Below are positions 47,906 through 57,292 of a DNA stretch of 64,000 nt, in pieces. The stretch comes from Parcubacteria group bacterium (GTDB lineage Bacteria; Patescibacteriota; Minisyncoccia; Moranbacterales; JAKLHP01). Each line of letters begins with the position of its first letter. Within the stretch, counting starts at the first letter, position 1. Below the pieces are notes generated by a model. That model saw nothing but the letters and a program-made list of their open reading frames with translations, was not told the DNA's origin and made no database searches. The position numbers were made by a program, and so were the translations under genes. Location: NCBI GenBank assembly GCA_041657845.1, contig JBBABD010000001.1, positions 14,255 to 78,254 of the forward strand. Direction: 5' to 3'.

Positions 47906-49249
47906 CTAATTATTTAATTCAGAAATTGTATATAAGAATTTACCACTTTTTGTAGGCGATATGTCCGATACAAATTTCCAAACAATTTTACATTCTTTTC
48001 CCATAACTAATTTGATGTTTTTTTCTATTTCATTAATTTCATCCAAATTCTCTTTTTTTTCAAGAACTACATTTATTTCTATTGCTTCATAATTCTTTTG
48101 TATTACTTGAAATTTATTTACCCATTTTCTAAAATAAAATAAATGAGTGAAATATTCTCCACCTATTAGAGTTCCCTCTCTGGTTTCAAATAAATTAACA
48201 CTTCTTCCCTTGATACTCTCGATAACCGGAAATCCTCTCTGACAACTTGGATTTTTGAAATCTGGAATACCGATATCCCCGATGGCATATCGTATTAGTG
48301 GCATAGCTTTATTACATAAAGTAGTAATATAAATATCTCCAGCTTTTCTAGGCAAAGAATTGTTTAATTTATCATCTAGTATCTCTAAATAATGTGAAAA
48401 AATATTGAGATGTAAGCCTTCATGTTTTTCACATTCGCAAGCAATATCTCCTACCTCCCGTGATCCATATTTATTAAAAACATGACACCGAAATACCCTT
48501 TCAATCGTTTTTCTAAATTCAGGAAAAAGAGTGCCTGCTGAAGATATTATTGACTGCGGAGTATGAATTTTTATTTTTTCCTTTTCAATAAATCTTGAAA
48601 ATTCATATATTGATTCCGCATAAGCAACAACTATGGAGGGTTTTTCTTTGTTAATTATTTCTACAAATCTAAGCATGTCTTCCTTGGTCATCCGAAAAGC
48701 ATTTAAATTAATACTGTTTATAAAATTACGCATTAAAAATCCACTCAGTCCTTCTCTGGCTTTTAGAATATCCTTCTCTGAACCCCATAAACTTATTACT
48801 AAATCTCCTGGCTTCCATCCCGCCCATTCATTCCAGAACATTTTAGTTGCTGCGCTCCAATCGTTTTTGACTTTATCCTGAAAAAAAACAACTGGTTCGC
48901 CGGTACTTCCTCCAGAAGTGTTTTTTACAGCAGTAATTTTTTTATTGATTAAATTATTGAGTTCTTTCCTAATTATTTTTTTGGTAAGAATCGGAAATTT
49001 TTTGATATCTTCGAAAATAGTATTTGGAGCAACAGTTATATTATTTTCTCTAGCAATCTTTCTGTAATATGGAATATTTTTAATTGAATAATCCAGAATC
49101 TCGTAAAGTTTCTTTTTTTGAATTGCGATATTTTCTTCCAAAGACTTCCCCTGTTGTTTTTTCAGATACTCATAAATCTCATAGCGATTGCTACCCTTTC
49201 CGTATTTCCAAAGAATTGGAGCTATATATTTTGATAAAAAATATCTCAT
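47906..49249 (-). CDS. Adenylate-forming enzyme of the PaaK/CapK (coenzyme F390 synthetase-like) family.
   Basis: The 'TSGGSTGEPVVFF' block is an ANL-superfamily AMP-binding motif. Its 447-aa length matches CapK-like proteins. Confidence 0.5.
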   Translation of the reverse strand: MRYFLSKYIAPILWKYGKGSNRYEIYEYLKKQQGKSLEENIAIQKKKLYEILDYSIKNIPYYRKIARENNITVAPNTIFEDIKKFPILTKKIIRKELNNLINKKITAVKNTSGGSTGEPVVFFQDKVKNDWSAATKMFWNEWAGWKPGDLVISLWGSEKDILKAREGLSGFLMRNFINSINLNAFRMTKEDMLRFVEIINKEKPSIVVAYAESIYEFSRFIEKEKIKIHTPQSIISSAGTLFPEFRKTIERVFRCHVFNKYGSREVGDIACECEKHEGLHLNIFSHYLEILDDKLNNSLPRKAGDIYITTLCNKAMPLIRYAIGDIGIPDFKNPSCQRGFPVIESIKGRSVNLFETREGTLIGGEYFTHLFYFRKWVNKFQVIQKNYEAIEINVVLEKKENLDEINEIEKNIKLVMGKECKIVWKFVSDISPTKSGKFLYTISELNN

Positions 49250-50349
49250 TGGTTTAACAAAAAAATTTTATAATTTTCTTTTATTATATGCAAATCGTAT
49301 TTGTTGATCACTTTTCGAAAAGCATCATTTTTGAAATTATTTGCTTCATTCAAATTATTCATGCAACCATTGATTTTTTCTGCTAAATCTACTAGGTTTC
49401 CTGCTTCAAAATTAAGTCCTTCTTTCTCATTTTCAATTAGTTCTTTATTTTCTTCAATATCGCTTGTGATTATAAGCTTTTTCGATGCCATGGCTTCCAA
49501 GAGCGCGTTGCTCATGCCTTCATTCAATGACGGCAAGACAAAAATATCCATAATCTGGAGCAATTCAGGAACATCAGTTCTTTTTTCCAGAAAAAAAACT
49601 TCTTTTTCTATCCCAATCTCTTTTGCGAAATTCTTAATATTTTCTTTTTCGCTCCCGTGTCCGACAAGCAGCAAGACCGCATTACCATGCTTTTCTTTCA
49701 CCAGCTTGAATGCCTTGGCTAGCGTTGGAATATCCTTTTGCTTTTCCATCCTTGCTACGCATCCGATAACCAAGCTATTTTCCGGAATTCCGATTTCTTT
49801 CTTCTTCTCAGCTACATCTACATTTAAATTTTCAAATCGGGAGAGATTAATGCCATTGGGAATGCACATAGTCTTTTCTTTCTTAAATCCCATCTTCTCG
49901 ATATAATATTTTCTTGAAGCTTCGGAATTTGTCAGTACAAAATCAGCCAGAAACAAAGTGATCTTATCCAAAAACAGCAGAAATTTTTTACCCTTATGGA
50001 TATTGCGGATATAAGGAACAATTTTTTTGACTCCGAATATTTTCCCGAATATCCTTCCGAATATATCGGCATGAATTAGATAATTCACCTGTACATCAGG
50101 ATTAAAATCCTTTAGCACTTTATTATACCGGAAAATCATCCCAAAATCAAAAATGCTTTTTAAATCCAAATAATAAACAGGAATGCCCAAATTCTCCAAC
50201 TTTTTCCCTATCTCCCCCCTTCCCTTTATCACGCAAATTCTATTATCTAATTCTTCCTGCATCTCAGGCAAAAGCTGAAGGAGCATATTTTCCGCTCCCC
50301 CGCCTAATTCCAACCCAGTAATTAAATGCAAAATTTTCTTTTTCATCAT
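49246..50349 (-). CDS. GT4 glycosyltransferase.
   Basis: It has 'LHLITGLELGGGAENM' at the N-terminus and 'PSLNEGMSNALLEAMASKKLIITSDIEE'. Confidence 0.8.
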   Translation of the reverse strand: MMKKKILHLITGLELGGGAENMLLQLLPEMQEELDNRICVIKGRGEIGKKLENLGIPVYYLDLKSIFDFGMIFRYNKVLKDFNPDVQVNYLIHADIFGRIFGKIFGVKKIVPYIRNIHKGKKFLLFLDKITLFLADFVLTNSEASRKYYIEKMGFKKEKTMCIPNGINLSRFENLNVDVAEKKKEIGIPENSLVIGCVARMEKQKDIPTLAKAFKLVKEKHGNAVLLLVGHGSEKENIKNFAKEIGIEKEVFFLEKRTDVPELLQIMDIFVLPSLNEGMSNALLEAMASKKLIITSDIEENKELIENEKEGLNFEAGNLVDLAEKINGCMNNLNEANNFKNDAFRKVINKYDLHIIKENYKIFLLNQ

Positions 50350-52104
50350 TTAGTTTCCATTAACCATACACTTCCATATCTTGACATTGCTGGTGTCATA
50401 AACTTTCTGAAAATATTTTGGATTATCATCTAAAACTGAAAAACTGTCCAAAGGAATGCTCTCTGAATATCCCGAAGTGCCTATTCTTTCAAGATAGGGA
50501 TTTTTTTCATCATTTTTTGCATAATAAATATAAGCGGTGTTTTTATTTGACAAATTCGGATTAACACTTAAATCGGAAAGAAGCTTCCCCGATTTGCTTC
50601 TCATTTGCTTAACGCTATCAAGCAATTTCATGCGGTCAAAATTATTTTCGAACATATCTTGAAGTTTCGTAAAGTTTAATCCAATATCTAAAATCTCTTT
50701 TTTCAAATCATCATCACTCACCGATACTGTTTCTTTGAGATTAATGATTTTAACTAATGAAGAAAGATCTCTTTGACTTAATAAATCTTTTTTAATATTA
50801 ATAACCGGAGTATTCGAATGATATTGTAAAACACTTCGCCATCCATAGTAGAAAATAACCCTATTTGGTTCCAAGTTGTTTTTTATCCATTCGAAAGAAT
50901 CCATTTCATACCGAGGAACTATATACTTAAAGCTATTGTTTACATATGTTGCGCCGAATGCGGAAATTAAAAATCCAAAAATAAAAGTTACAAATATAAT
51001 ATTTTTTTTAAACGGTGAACTGTTCTTTTCGACCATATAAAGCAACTCGAATAACAGGAATGCTAGCATAATACCTAAAAATATCCATGCTCTGTCCGGC
51101 AAATAGGCAATGTTCCCAAATCTTGGAAGAAATTCGGCGATAAACAAGAAAAAAGCAATGAACAAATATATCGGCAAAAAGTACACGTTGCTCAAATTAT
51201 TTTCAAAGAAGGCTCTTTTGTTCTTTGAAACAAAAAACAAATATAGGCATAGCAAAATTAGAATTCCCAAAAACGGTCCCGCATAGAAAGCATAGAATTT
51301 CAAAACTCCCAACAAACTCACCCACCCCATTTGATTGCCGTCAACATTAATGTAATGGGCTGGAAATCTAAGATTAATTGAAAATTGCAAAAATATTTTA
51401 TGAAATATTTCTAAAATAGCCCTAGAGATAGAGAATGTCATTGATTTAATTTGCAATTTATCCAACCATGGATATAAAAGCAAAAACACTATGACAATTC
51501 TAAGTTTATTTCTAAAAATAATTTTTCTGTATGTATAGGCCGCCGCGATAACCCACAAAGCTAGAAAAAGCACAAAAATTTTGTGAAAAAGGGAACTTAC
51601 GGCTGTTATGGGTATAAAAAACCCATAAAGCCAGTTATAGTTTCTCTTGCTAGATGCCATCGCCGAAAGTCCAAGCATAAAATATAAATACAACATCGCC
51701 ATAACTTGCGGTCTAGTTCCTTCAAATTGGATAATTACAGTTGGTGATACCGCTGCCGACAAAAGAACGAGGGTCTGGAATTTTTTTTCGGTAAGTTTTC
51801 TCGCGACCAGCCACAAAGGGAAAAGAGCAGTCATGGAAAAAATCGGAAAGATATATTTGAACAAACCATACATATCAAGATCCGTCAAATAATGAAGGGA
51901 TGAGATAAGGGAAGAAAATAATTGCCGATAGAAATACAGTGAGTCAGGCTGGGCATTGGAATATTTGAGAATCCATCCATAACTGTCTTTGTCAGCTATA
52001 AAATCATATTTGGTAATATTAAAAGCATGAAGAGATAAAATTACTATCTCAGCAATAAACAAAGGATGAAAAATTATTTTCTTAGCTTTTTTTATTAGAT
52101 CCAT
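50350..52104 (-). CDS. Large polytopic membrane protein with a C-terminal soluble domain (possible polymerase/GT-C-like).
   Basis: 584 aa with ~12 TM helices, followed by a ~190-aa extracytoplasmic domain. Confidence 0.4.
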   Translation of the reverse strand: MDLIKKAKKIIFHPLFIAEIVILSLHAFNITKYDFIADKDSYGWILKYSNAQPDSLYFYRQLFSSLISSLHYLTDLDMYGLFKYIFPIFSMTALFPLWLVARKLTEKKFQTLVLLSAAVSPTVIIQFEGTRPQVMAMLYLYFMLGLSAMASSKRNYNWLYGFFIPITAVSSLFHKIFVLFLALWVIAAAYTYRKIIFRNKLRIVIVFLLLYPWLDKLQIKSMTFSISRAILEIFHKIFLQFSINLRFPAHYINVDGNQMGWVSLLGVLKFYAFYAGPFLGILILLCLYLFFVSKNKRAFFENNLSNVYFLPIYLFIAFFLFIAEFLPRFGNIAYLPDRAWIFLGIMLAFLLFELLYMVEKNSSPFKKNIIFVTFIFGFLISAFGATYVNNSFKYIVPRYEMDSFEWIKNNLEPNRVIFYYGWRSVLQYHSNTPVINIKKDLLSQRDLSSLVKIINLKETVSVSDDDLKKEILDIGLNFTKLQDMFENNFDRMKLLDSVKQMRSKSGKLLSDLSVNPNLSNKNTAYIYYAKNDEKNPYLERIGTSGYSESIPLDSFSVLDDNPKYFQKVYDTSNVKIWKCMVNGN

Positions 52105-52498
52105 TTTTTTCTAAAATACATACAAACAATAACGAAACCGTAGAAGTCACTAAATACAATAAAATAATAGATATTTCCGAAATAAATCCACTTATGCTGT
52201 AAAAAACAAAAACTATTGGAGGCATAAAAAACAATGAAGCGAATATCCCGACAGTCAGAAGCTCCCAGAGATCTAAATAAAATCTGGAAATTTTTTCAAG
52301 AACTAAAGCCATATTGATTCCTGCAACAAAAAAAACTGTCAGTCCCGTAACGATCCTGAAACTAGAAAATAATCCCAAATCAACTTTCGAACTCACAAAA
52401 TAAGCAAGAAAATAGAACAGAAATATGTAAATATTTAATTTAAGCAATTTTTTTGTAGGCATTGTCTGTTTTCTATTATTTTTAACTTGCAGAATCAT
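52082..52498 (-). CDS. Small membrane protein (138 aa), hypothetical.
   Basis: It has four predicted TM helices and overlaps the start of the downstream gene. Confidence 0.3.
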   Translation of the reverse strand: MILQVKNNRKQTMPTKKLLKLNIYIFLFYFLAYFVSSKVDLGLFSSFRIVTGLTVFFVAGINMALVLEKISRFYLDLWELLTVGIFASLFFMPPIVFVFYSISGFISEISIILLYLVTSTVSLLFVCILEKNGSNKKS

Positions 52499-52654
52499 TT
52501 TTTATTCAGCTCGTACAACATATTTTATATCATAACTTTAATTTCATACTATTTCAATCCAGTCCAATTTTCAAATAGAGCATACTTTTATAATACTCCC
52601 AATACCGCTCCGCACCATAAGCACTTAAGTTTTATAAAATTATTTCTATACGAC

Positions 52655-52700
52655 TATTCCTCAAAACTCTCCAGATATTCCGGAAACTTCAAAATTTGAT
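52655..52700. repeat. Degenerate copy of the cassette-boundary core repeat.
   Basis: 'ctccagatattccggaaacttcaaaat' versus 'ctatccaaatattccggaagtttcagaat'. Confidence 0.35.
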
Positions 52701-52777
52701 ATTTTTATTTGCCAGCATATTAAATAATTTTAAATTCCAAATTCTAAAAGATTATACCTGTACCGAACTATTGTAGC

Positions 52778-53290
52778 TTATTTCTTTATTATTTTCCAGT
52801 ATCCGCCCTTGTCGGAACCGACTCTTTCGAGCAATTCTTTTTCCTTAAGTTCAGTTATATTATTTCTTACATTTTTTTCATTAATACCTATCTTTAGACT
52901 TAATTCTCTTTGTGTGATGGCTTTATTTTTATTTATTTCAGAGAGTATCTTTTTCTGGTTTTCTGAGAGCCCCAAGTTTTCTAGGTCTTTTTCTAGGTCT
53001 TTTGTTTCTCTTTTTTTGAAAGAAACAACAAAAGCGCCCGTTTTTTCTGAAAAATCAGGCAGCTTGTTCCCATTTTTTTCACACTCTTCAATCGTATTTT
53101 TTCCAACCTGAATTTCATTCGTAGTACCATCATCTTTCATTCCAACGATAACCTTACCGCCTTTTTTATTAGCAAAGGCGCAAAGAGCAATTATCGCTTC
53201 TTTCCACTCGGAAAAAGATGATTTCAATTCAATTTTTTCAGATTCTTTCAATTTCATATAAATTTTTTGATTTTCGAAATTAATTTTCAA
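52778..53290 (-). CDS. AlbA_2 (Schlafen-like) domain plus winged-HTH protein; putative regulator or defence-associated DNA-binding protein.
   Basis: The N-terminal 'ALCAFANKKGGKVIVGMKDDG' block and the C-terminal wHTH 'ITQRELSLKIGINEKNVRNNITELKEKELLERVG' are present. Confidence 0.45.
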   Translation of the reverse strand: MKINFENQKIYMKLKESEKIELKSSFSEWKEAIIALCAFANKKGGKVIVGMKDDGTTNEIQVGKNTIEECEKNGNKLPDFSEKTGAFVVSFKKRETKDLEKDLENLGLSENQKKILSEINKNKAITQRELSLKIGINEKNVRNNITELKEKELLERVGSDKGGYWKIIKK

Positions 53291-53325
53291 AACTATCCAA
53301 ATATTCCGGAAGTTTCAGAATCCAT
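53277..53325. repeat. Cassette-boundary core repeat (variant 2), copy.
   Basis: 'aaattaattttcaaaactatccaaatattccggaagtttcagaat' matches 54965..55010 exactly. Confidence 0.6.
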
Positions 53326-53469
53326 TTTGCCTGCTCGGGATAGAAAAGAAATCTTTCCACATCTTTCACTGCCTGTTTCAAATCGCTTTTTTCGGCTTGT
53401 TTTTTCAAAAATAAACATATATTCATTCTATCAAATAAACACTCTTTAACACTTAACTATATATGATCT

Positions 53470-53547
53470 ATGATATAATTTCCCACCATTCCACCGTATT
53501 CTTTGATCCTTCTTCAAAATTAACTTCCGACTCGTAGCCAATCCATT
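53470..53547 (-). pseudogene. Relic of the 3' end of the NAD-dependent epimerase gene (duplicate of the 56300..56375 region).
   Basis: The minus strand encodes '...KIKWIGYESEVNFEEGSKNTVEWWEIIS*', versus '...GFGYEPKINFEEGLKRTVEWWKTL*' in the intact gene. Confidence 0.6.
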
Positions 53548-54243
53548 TTATTTTTCGTTTTCCCTCATTATTTTCAGAAGAAAAAGCGTATCCGTCCGGA
53601 GTTTTGCCCGAGCCCAGTCTTTTTTTGGTTCGGAAAGCATTTCACCGAGGCCATCAAGAATATGACGATTATCCATTTTCTCCAACAACTCAATGCATCT
53701 TGTCAAAATTTCCTTATATGAAACTTTAGCTCGATCTTCAACTAATTTCTTATTTATCGGCCAAATATTTTTTGCAAAAAAATACACATCATAAACATCC
53801 CGACTAGTCTTGCCAATTCGCTCATACATTGCCATCAGCTTATTGGCAAACATATCTTCCTTGACCATTATTAGCATTGGGATGCCAAGAAGTGTTTCCG
53901 GTTCGTATTTTGATCCAAAATCACGACAGTTTACCTCGATTTTGATGTTTTGAGATTTCTGATCATATGAAATAACTGTAATAAGATTAAACCGCTTAAT
54001 TCTTGAATCAATTACCTTGCCATAACCAGCAACTATTTTTTGAATCTTTTCAAACACTTCCTGCTTCTTGCTTTCGTCCAGCAAATCTAAATCAATATCA
54101 ACAGAATCGCGATCCAATCCGTAAAACATCAAAGCAGCCGTACCGCCCTTAAATCCCAAAAATGGAGCTATTGATGTGTCAGAAAAAATATCTTTCAAAA
54201 TTTGCAACAAGATATTTTTATGTTTTGGATAATTGATGGTCAT
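53548..54243 (-). CDS. AbiEii/AbiGii-family nucleotidyltransferase toxin (type IV TA, DUF1814).
   Basis: It has 'FLGFKGGTAALMFYG' (the conserved GGTAL block) and 'DSVDIDLDL' (nucleotidyltransferase DxD). There is a 4-bp ATGA overlap with the upstream gene. Confidence 0.65.
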   Translation of the reverse strand: MTINYPKHKNILLQILKDIFSDTSIAPFLGFKGGTAALMFYGLDRDSVDIDLDLLDESKKQEVFEKIQKIVAGYGKVIDSRIKRFNLITVISYDQKSQNIKIEVNCRDFGSKYEPETLLGIPMLIMVKEDMFANKLMAMYERIGKTSRDVYDVYFFAKNIWPINKKLVEDRAKVSYKEILTRCIELLEKMDNRHILDGLGEMLSEPKKDWARAKLRTDTLFLLKIMRENEK

Positions 54244-54854
54244 TTTGCTTGGTTATTTGATTTATTTTCTTCATAGTGTTCAAAATATTCCTGAACTTTT
54301 TTGTTCATTCTTTTATTGCTATAGATTGGCAAAATTTCAAAAACTTTATCCCAATCCAAAACATCCAAATGATCGAAATGATAATCCTTACTAACATATA
54401 TTCTGTCCAAAAACGCGCGCTCTTTTGTCGCGGTAGCCACATTGCCCTGTTGCTCAATCCCGCTCGTGCTACTCAAAACATAATCTTTCATTTTGACAAA
54501 ATTTATTTTTTGTCCATCAATTTCAATCTCTCTGGTAATATAGGAAGCCACAAAGATGTTTCCATAATATTGGAAATTAATTCCTGCTCGAGTTAATATG
54601 GTTTCAAAACTGATATACGCGGGGGTATAAATCCGCGTTGCCAATTCATGACGATCATAATTAGTATCTTTGGCATAAATACCGTGGCGAACCCTGATTA
54701 ATTTTCCTCTTTTAATGTAATCACTCAATCTTACGCGAACCGCGCTTCCTACCTTTTCACCCCATAACAAAGCAACATCTTTTGTGGAAAAGATGGTTTT
54801 TTGAGATCGTAATATAGTCTCAATATATTCACCCTTTGCAGGTTTTTTATCCAT
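54240..54854 (-). CDS. AbiEi-family antitoxin / transcriptional regulator (N-terminal wHTH).
   Basis: It is translationally coupled upstream of AbiEii. The N-terminus 'ILRSQKTIFSTKDVALLWGEKVGSAVRVRLSDYIKRGKLIRVRHGIYA' fits the AbiEi wHTH. Confidence 0.5.
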   Translation of the reverse strand: MDKKPAKGEYIETILRSQKTIFSTKDVALLWGEKVGSAVRVRLSDYIKRGKLIRVRHGIYAKDTNYDRHELATRIYTPAYISFETILTRAGINFQYYGNIFVASYITREIEIDGQKINFVKMKDYVLSSTSGIEQQGNVATATKERAFLDRIYVSKDYHFDHLDVLDWDKVFEILPIYSNKRMNKKVQEYFEHYEENKSNNQAK

Positions 54855-54924
54855 ATTATTACTGATAGTTAGCTTTAAGCTTACTATCAGTTCTATTATA
54901 CTAAAAAATGCACTCTTGTCAAAT

Positions 54925-55015
54925 TATATTCCCTTCCGCCATTCCACCGTCTTTTTCATCCCTCCTTCAAAATTAATTTTCAAAACTATCCAAATATTCC
55001 GGAAGTTTCAGAATT
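54925..55015. repeat. Second relic of the epimerase 3' end fused to the variant-2 core repeat (cassette boundary).
   Basis: 'ccattccaccgtctttttcatccctccttcaaaattaa' is followed by 'ttttcaaaactatccaaatattccggaagtttcagaat'. The minus strand reads 'NFEGGMKKTVEWRKGI'. Confidence 0.6.
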
Positions 55016-55180
55016 AGTCCGGATATTCACATTGAAATTCAGTCAAAAGTTCCTTAAATTATTCCAAAAGAATATTAATAAAAATTATCCGCCGTTATTG
55101 ATTTTGACCTTTACTCACACAAATATATTACTTTTTTAGCATTGAATGCATAAAAAGATATATCCAATTATACATACCGA

Positions 55181-56212
55181 TCATTTTTTCAACTTATAAT
55201 AAGTCGCTTTTCCTCTGCCCATTTTCTCAATGATACCCAATCCTATCAATTTCCTAAAATCAAGATTTCTTGTCGGTTTGGCTCTATCGGTCAATTTTGC
55301 ATAATCACGATCACTGATATACTCATTCTCTTCTATGAAATTAATAATCTTTCTATGATGATCTCTCAGGTCTTTTTCCAAAGGAACAGCCTCTTGTTTC
55401 ATCTCTTTACTCACCCTAAGCAATTCATCAATAATTCCATCCGTAAAATACTCGAGCCAGGAAGTGAAGTCGATTTGATCTTTGATTTCATAATAATTTC
55501 CAAACAAACCAACTTCTTGAAAATATTTACTGACATTTTTGTTATAATAATTTTCAAAACTGAAAAGATTGAAAGTATTAAGTCCCATCTTCGCTAAAAG
55601 CACCTTAGTTGTCAAACGAGCTGTTCTTCCATTGCCATCAATAAAAGGATGGATGATGACAAATTGTTTGTGAAAAATTCCAGCCAAAATCAAGGGATCA
55701 ACTGTGTTTTTGTTTTTTTCGATATAATCAAGCAATTCTTGCATTAATTTTGATACTTCCTTATGTTCAGGAGGAAGATAAGCAGTCTGGCGAGTTTTTG
55801 GATTATTAACAAAAACCGGCTCTTGTCTCAATTTTCCAGAGCGATATTTCTCAATCAAGCCTTGCGTTATTGTTTCCTGAATTTTCAAAATTAATGGCAA
55901 ATCAAAAACTCGTTTTTTATTTTTAATTGAATCATTCAATTCAACCAATGCCTTATTATAATTCAAAACTTCTTTTTCGCTATCGCGAATATGTTCCGGC
56001 CTAGTTTTCAAAATTCTTTTGACATCGGTCAGTGGCAATGGATTGCCTTCAATGCTCGTTGAAGAAAAAGCTGAAACCTCTCTAGCTCTTTTTTCAAGCT
56101 CCGCCAAAACTAGCCCCGAAAAATTCCGACTGTTTAAATCGACAATAATTTCAGTTATTCTCTTAATATTGCCTAATAATAGATTGGAAATGGTATATTT
56201 TGGATTAAACAT
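55181..56212 (-). CDS. Fic/DOC-family protein (AMPylator-type) with a C-terminal wHTH.
   Basis: The canonical Fic motif 'HPFIDGNGRTARL' is present, with a C-terminal 'IGLGIIEKMGRGKATYYKL'. Confidence 0.8.
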   Translation of the reverse strand: MFNPKYTISNLLLGNIKRITEIIVDLNSRNFSGLVLAELEKRAREVSAFSSTSIEGNPLPLTDVKRILKTRPEHIRDSEKEVLNYNKALVELNDSIKNKKRVFDLPLILKIQETITQGLIEKYRSGKLRQEPVFVNNPKTRQTAYLPPEHKEVSKLMQELLDYIEKNKNTVDPLILAGIFHKQFVIIHPFIDGNGRTARLTTKVLLAKMGLNTFNLFSFENYYNKNVSKYFQEVGLFGNYYEIKDQIDFTSWLEYFTDGIIDELLRVSKEMKQEAVPLEKDLRDHHRKIINFIEENEYISDRDYAKLTDRAKPTRNLDFRKLIGLGIIEKMGRGKATYYKLKK

Positions 56213-56234
56213 ACTTTATTCAGATTATCTTATA

Positions 56235-56270
56235 TAGACGTATTATAGACGTATTATAGACGATTGTCAA
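56235..56270. repeat. 11-bp tandem repeat x3 upstream of the Fic gene.
   Basis: 'tatagacgtat tatagacgtat tatagacgat'. Confidence 0.5.
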
Positions 56271-56299
56271 ATGCTTAAAAAATCTTACCTACCTATTAA

Positions 56300-57244
56300 T
56301 TACAGCGTTTTCCACCACTCCACCGTCCTTTTGAGCCCTTCTTCAAAATTAATCTTCGGCTCGTATCCGAATCCTTTTTTGGCTTTCAAAACATCGGCGT
56401 GGGTATGACGAACATCGCCCAGCCTCGGTTTTCTTTTTTCCAGTTCAATTTTCTTTCCGGAATATTTTTCAATCAGTTTTTTCACCTCCAAAAGATTGGT
56501 CCTTTCTCCGTGGGCAATATTGAAAATTTCTCCCATAAATCTTTTTTTGGCTTGCATCGCCAGAATATTGGCATTCACCACGTTATCAATATAACAAAAA
56601 TCGCGAGATTGCTTTCCGTCTCCTTCCAGAAATAATTTTTTCTTTGCCGGCCGATAAAGTCCCGTCAGCCAAGCGGAAACCACAGTTGAATACGGAGAAT
56701 CTCCGTATTGCCCCGGACCGAAAACATTAAAATAGCGCAGGCACACTGTGTCCAAGCCATACAGTTCCCCGAACATTTCGCACATCAGCTCATCGGCATA
56801 TTTTTCCAGCGCATACGGCGATTTCGGATTAGCCGGATTTTCCTTTTCCTTGGTCGGAAGAATTTTCGCCCCGCCATAAATCGAAGAAGAGGAAGAATAA
56901 ATCACTCTTTTGATTTTGTAATCACGGCATTTCTCCAGAATCATCGCCGTTCCTCCGATATTATTTTGGACAGTCTTGGCTGGATTTTCCACGCTAAAGC
57001 TGACTCTTGGAATGTAGGCAAAATGAAAAACGTATTCAAATTTGTGCTTCTTAAAAATTTTGTCCAAAAATTTTCCATCGCACATCGAGCCTTCATAGAA
57101 AACTATGCTCTTCGATACCGCATCCCTTCTTCCCGTTGCAAAATTATCAATCCCCACAATTTCCGCTTTGGGAAATTTTTTTCGAAATTGCTGGGAAAAA
57201 TTACTGCCGATAAAGCCCGCACATCCCGTGATTAATACTCGCAT
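56300..57244 (-). CDS. NAD-dependent epimerase/dehydratase (extended SDR; UDP-sugar 4-epimerase or UDP-GlcA decarboxylase-like).
   Basis: It has 'MRVLITGCAGFIGSNF' (Rossmann) and 'SPYALEKYA' (the S...YxxxK catalytic triad block). Confidence 0.8.
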   Translation of the reverse strand: MRVLITGCAGFIGSNFSQQFRKKFPKAEIVGIDNFATGRRDAVSKSIVFYEGSMCDGKFLDKIFKKHKFEYVFHFAYIPRVSFSVENPAKTVQNNIGGTAMILEKCRDYKIKRVIYSSSSSIYGGAKILPTKEKENPANPKSPYALEKYADELMCEMFGELYGLDTVCLRYFNVFGPGQYGDSPYSTVVSAWLTGLYRPAKKKLFLEGDGKQSRDFCYIDNVVNANILAMQAKKRFMGEIFNIAHGERTNLLEVKKLIEKYSGKKIELEKRKPRLGDVRHTHADVLKAKKGFGYEPKINFEEGLKRTVEWWKTL

Positions 57245-57292
57245 ATATTTGACAATCTTTTAAAATAATTACCCCTATAGTATACTAAACAT

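Noticed and set aside
53267-53449. A 60-aa plus-strand ORF in the spacer between cassette repeats.
   Set aside because: It has no ribosome-binding site and overlaps the repeated boundary sequence and the start of the minus-strand gene. It is probably spurious.
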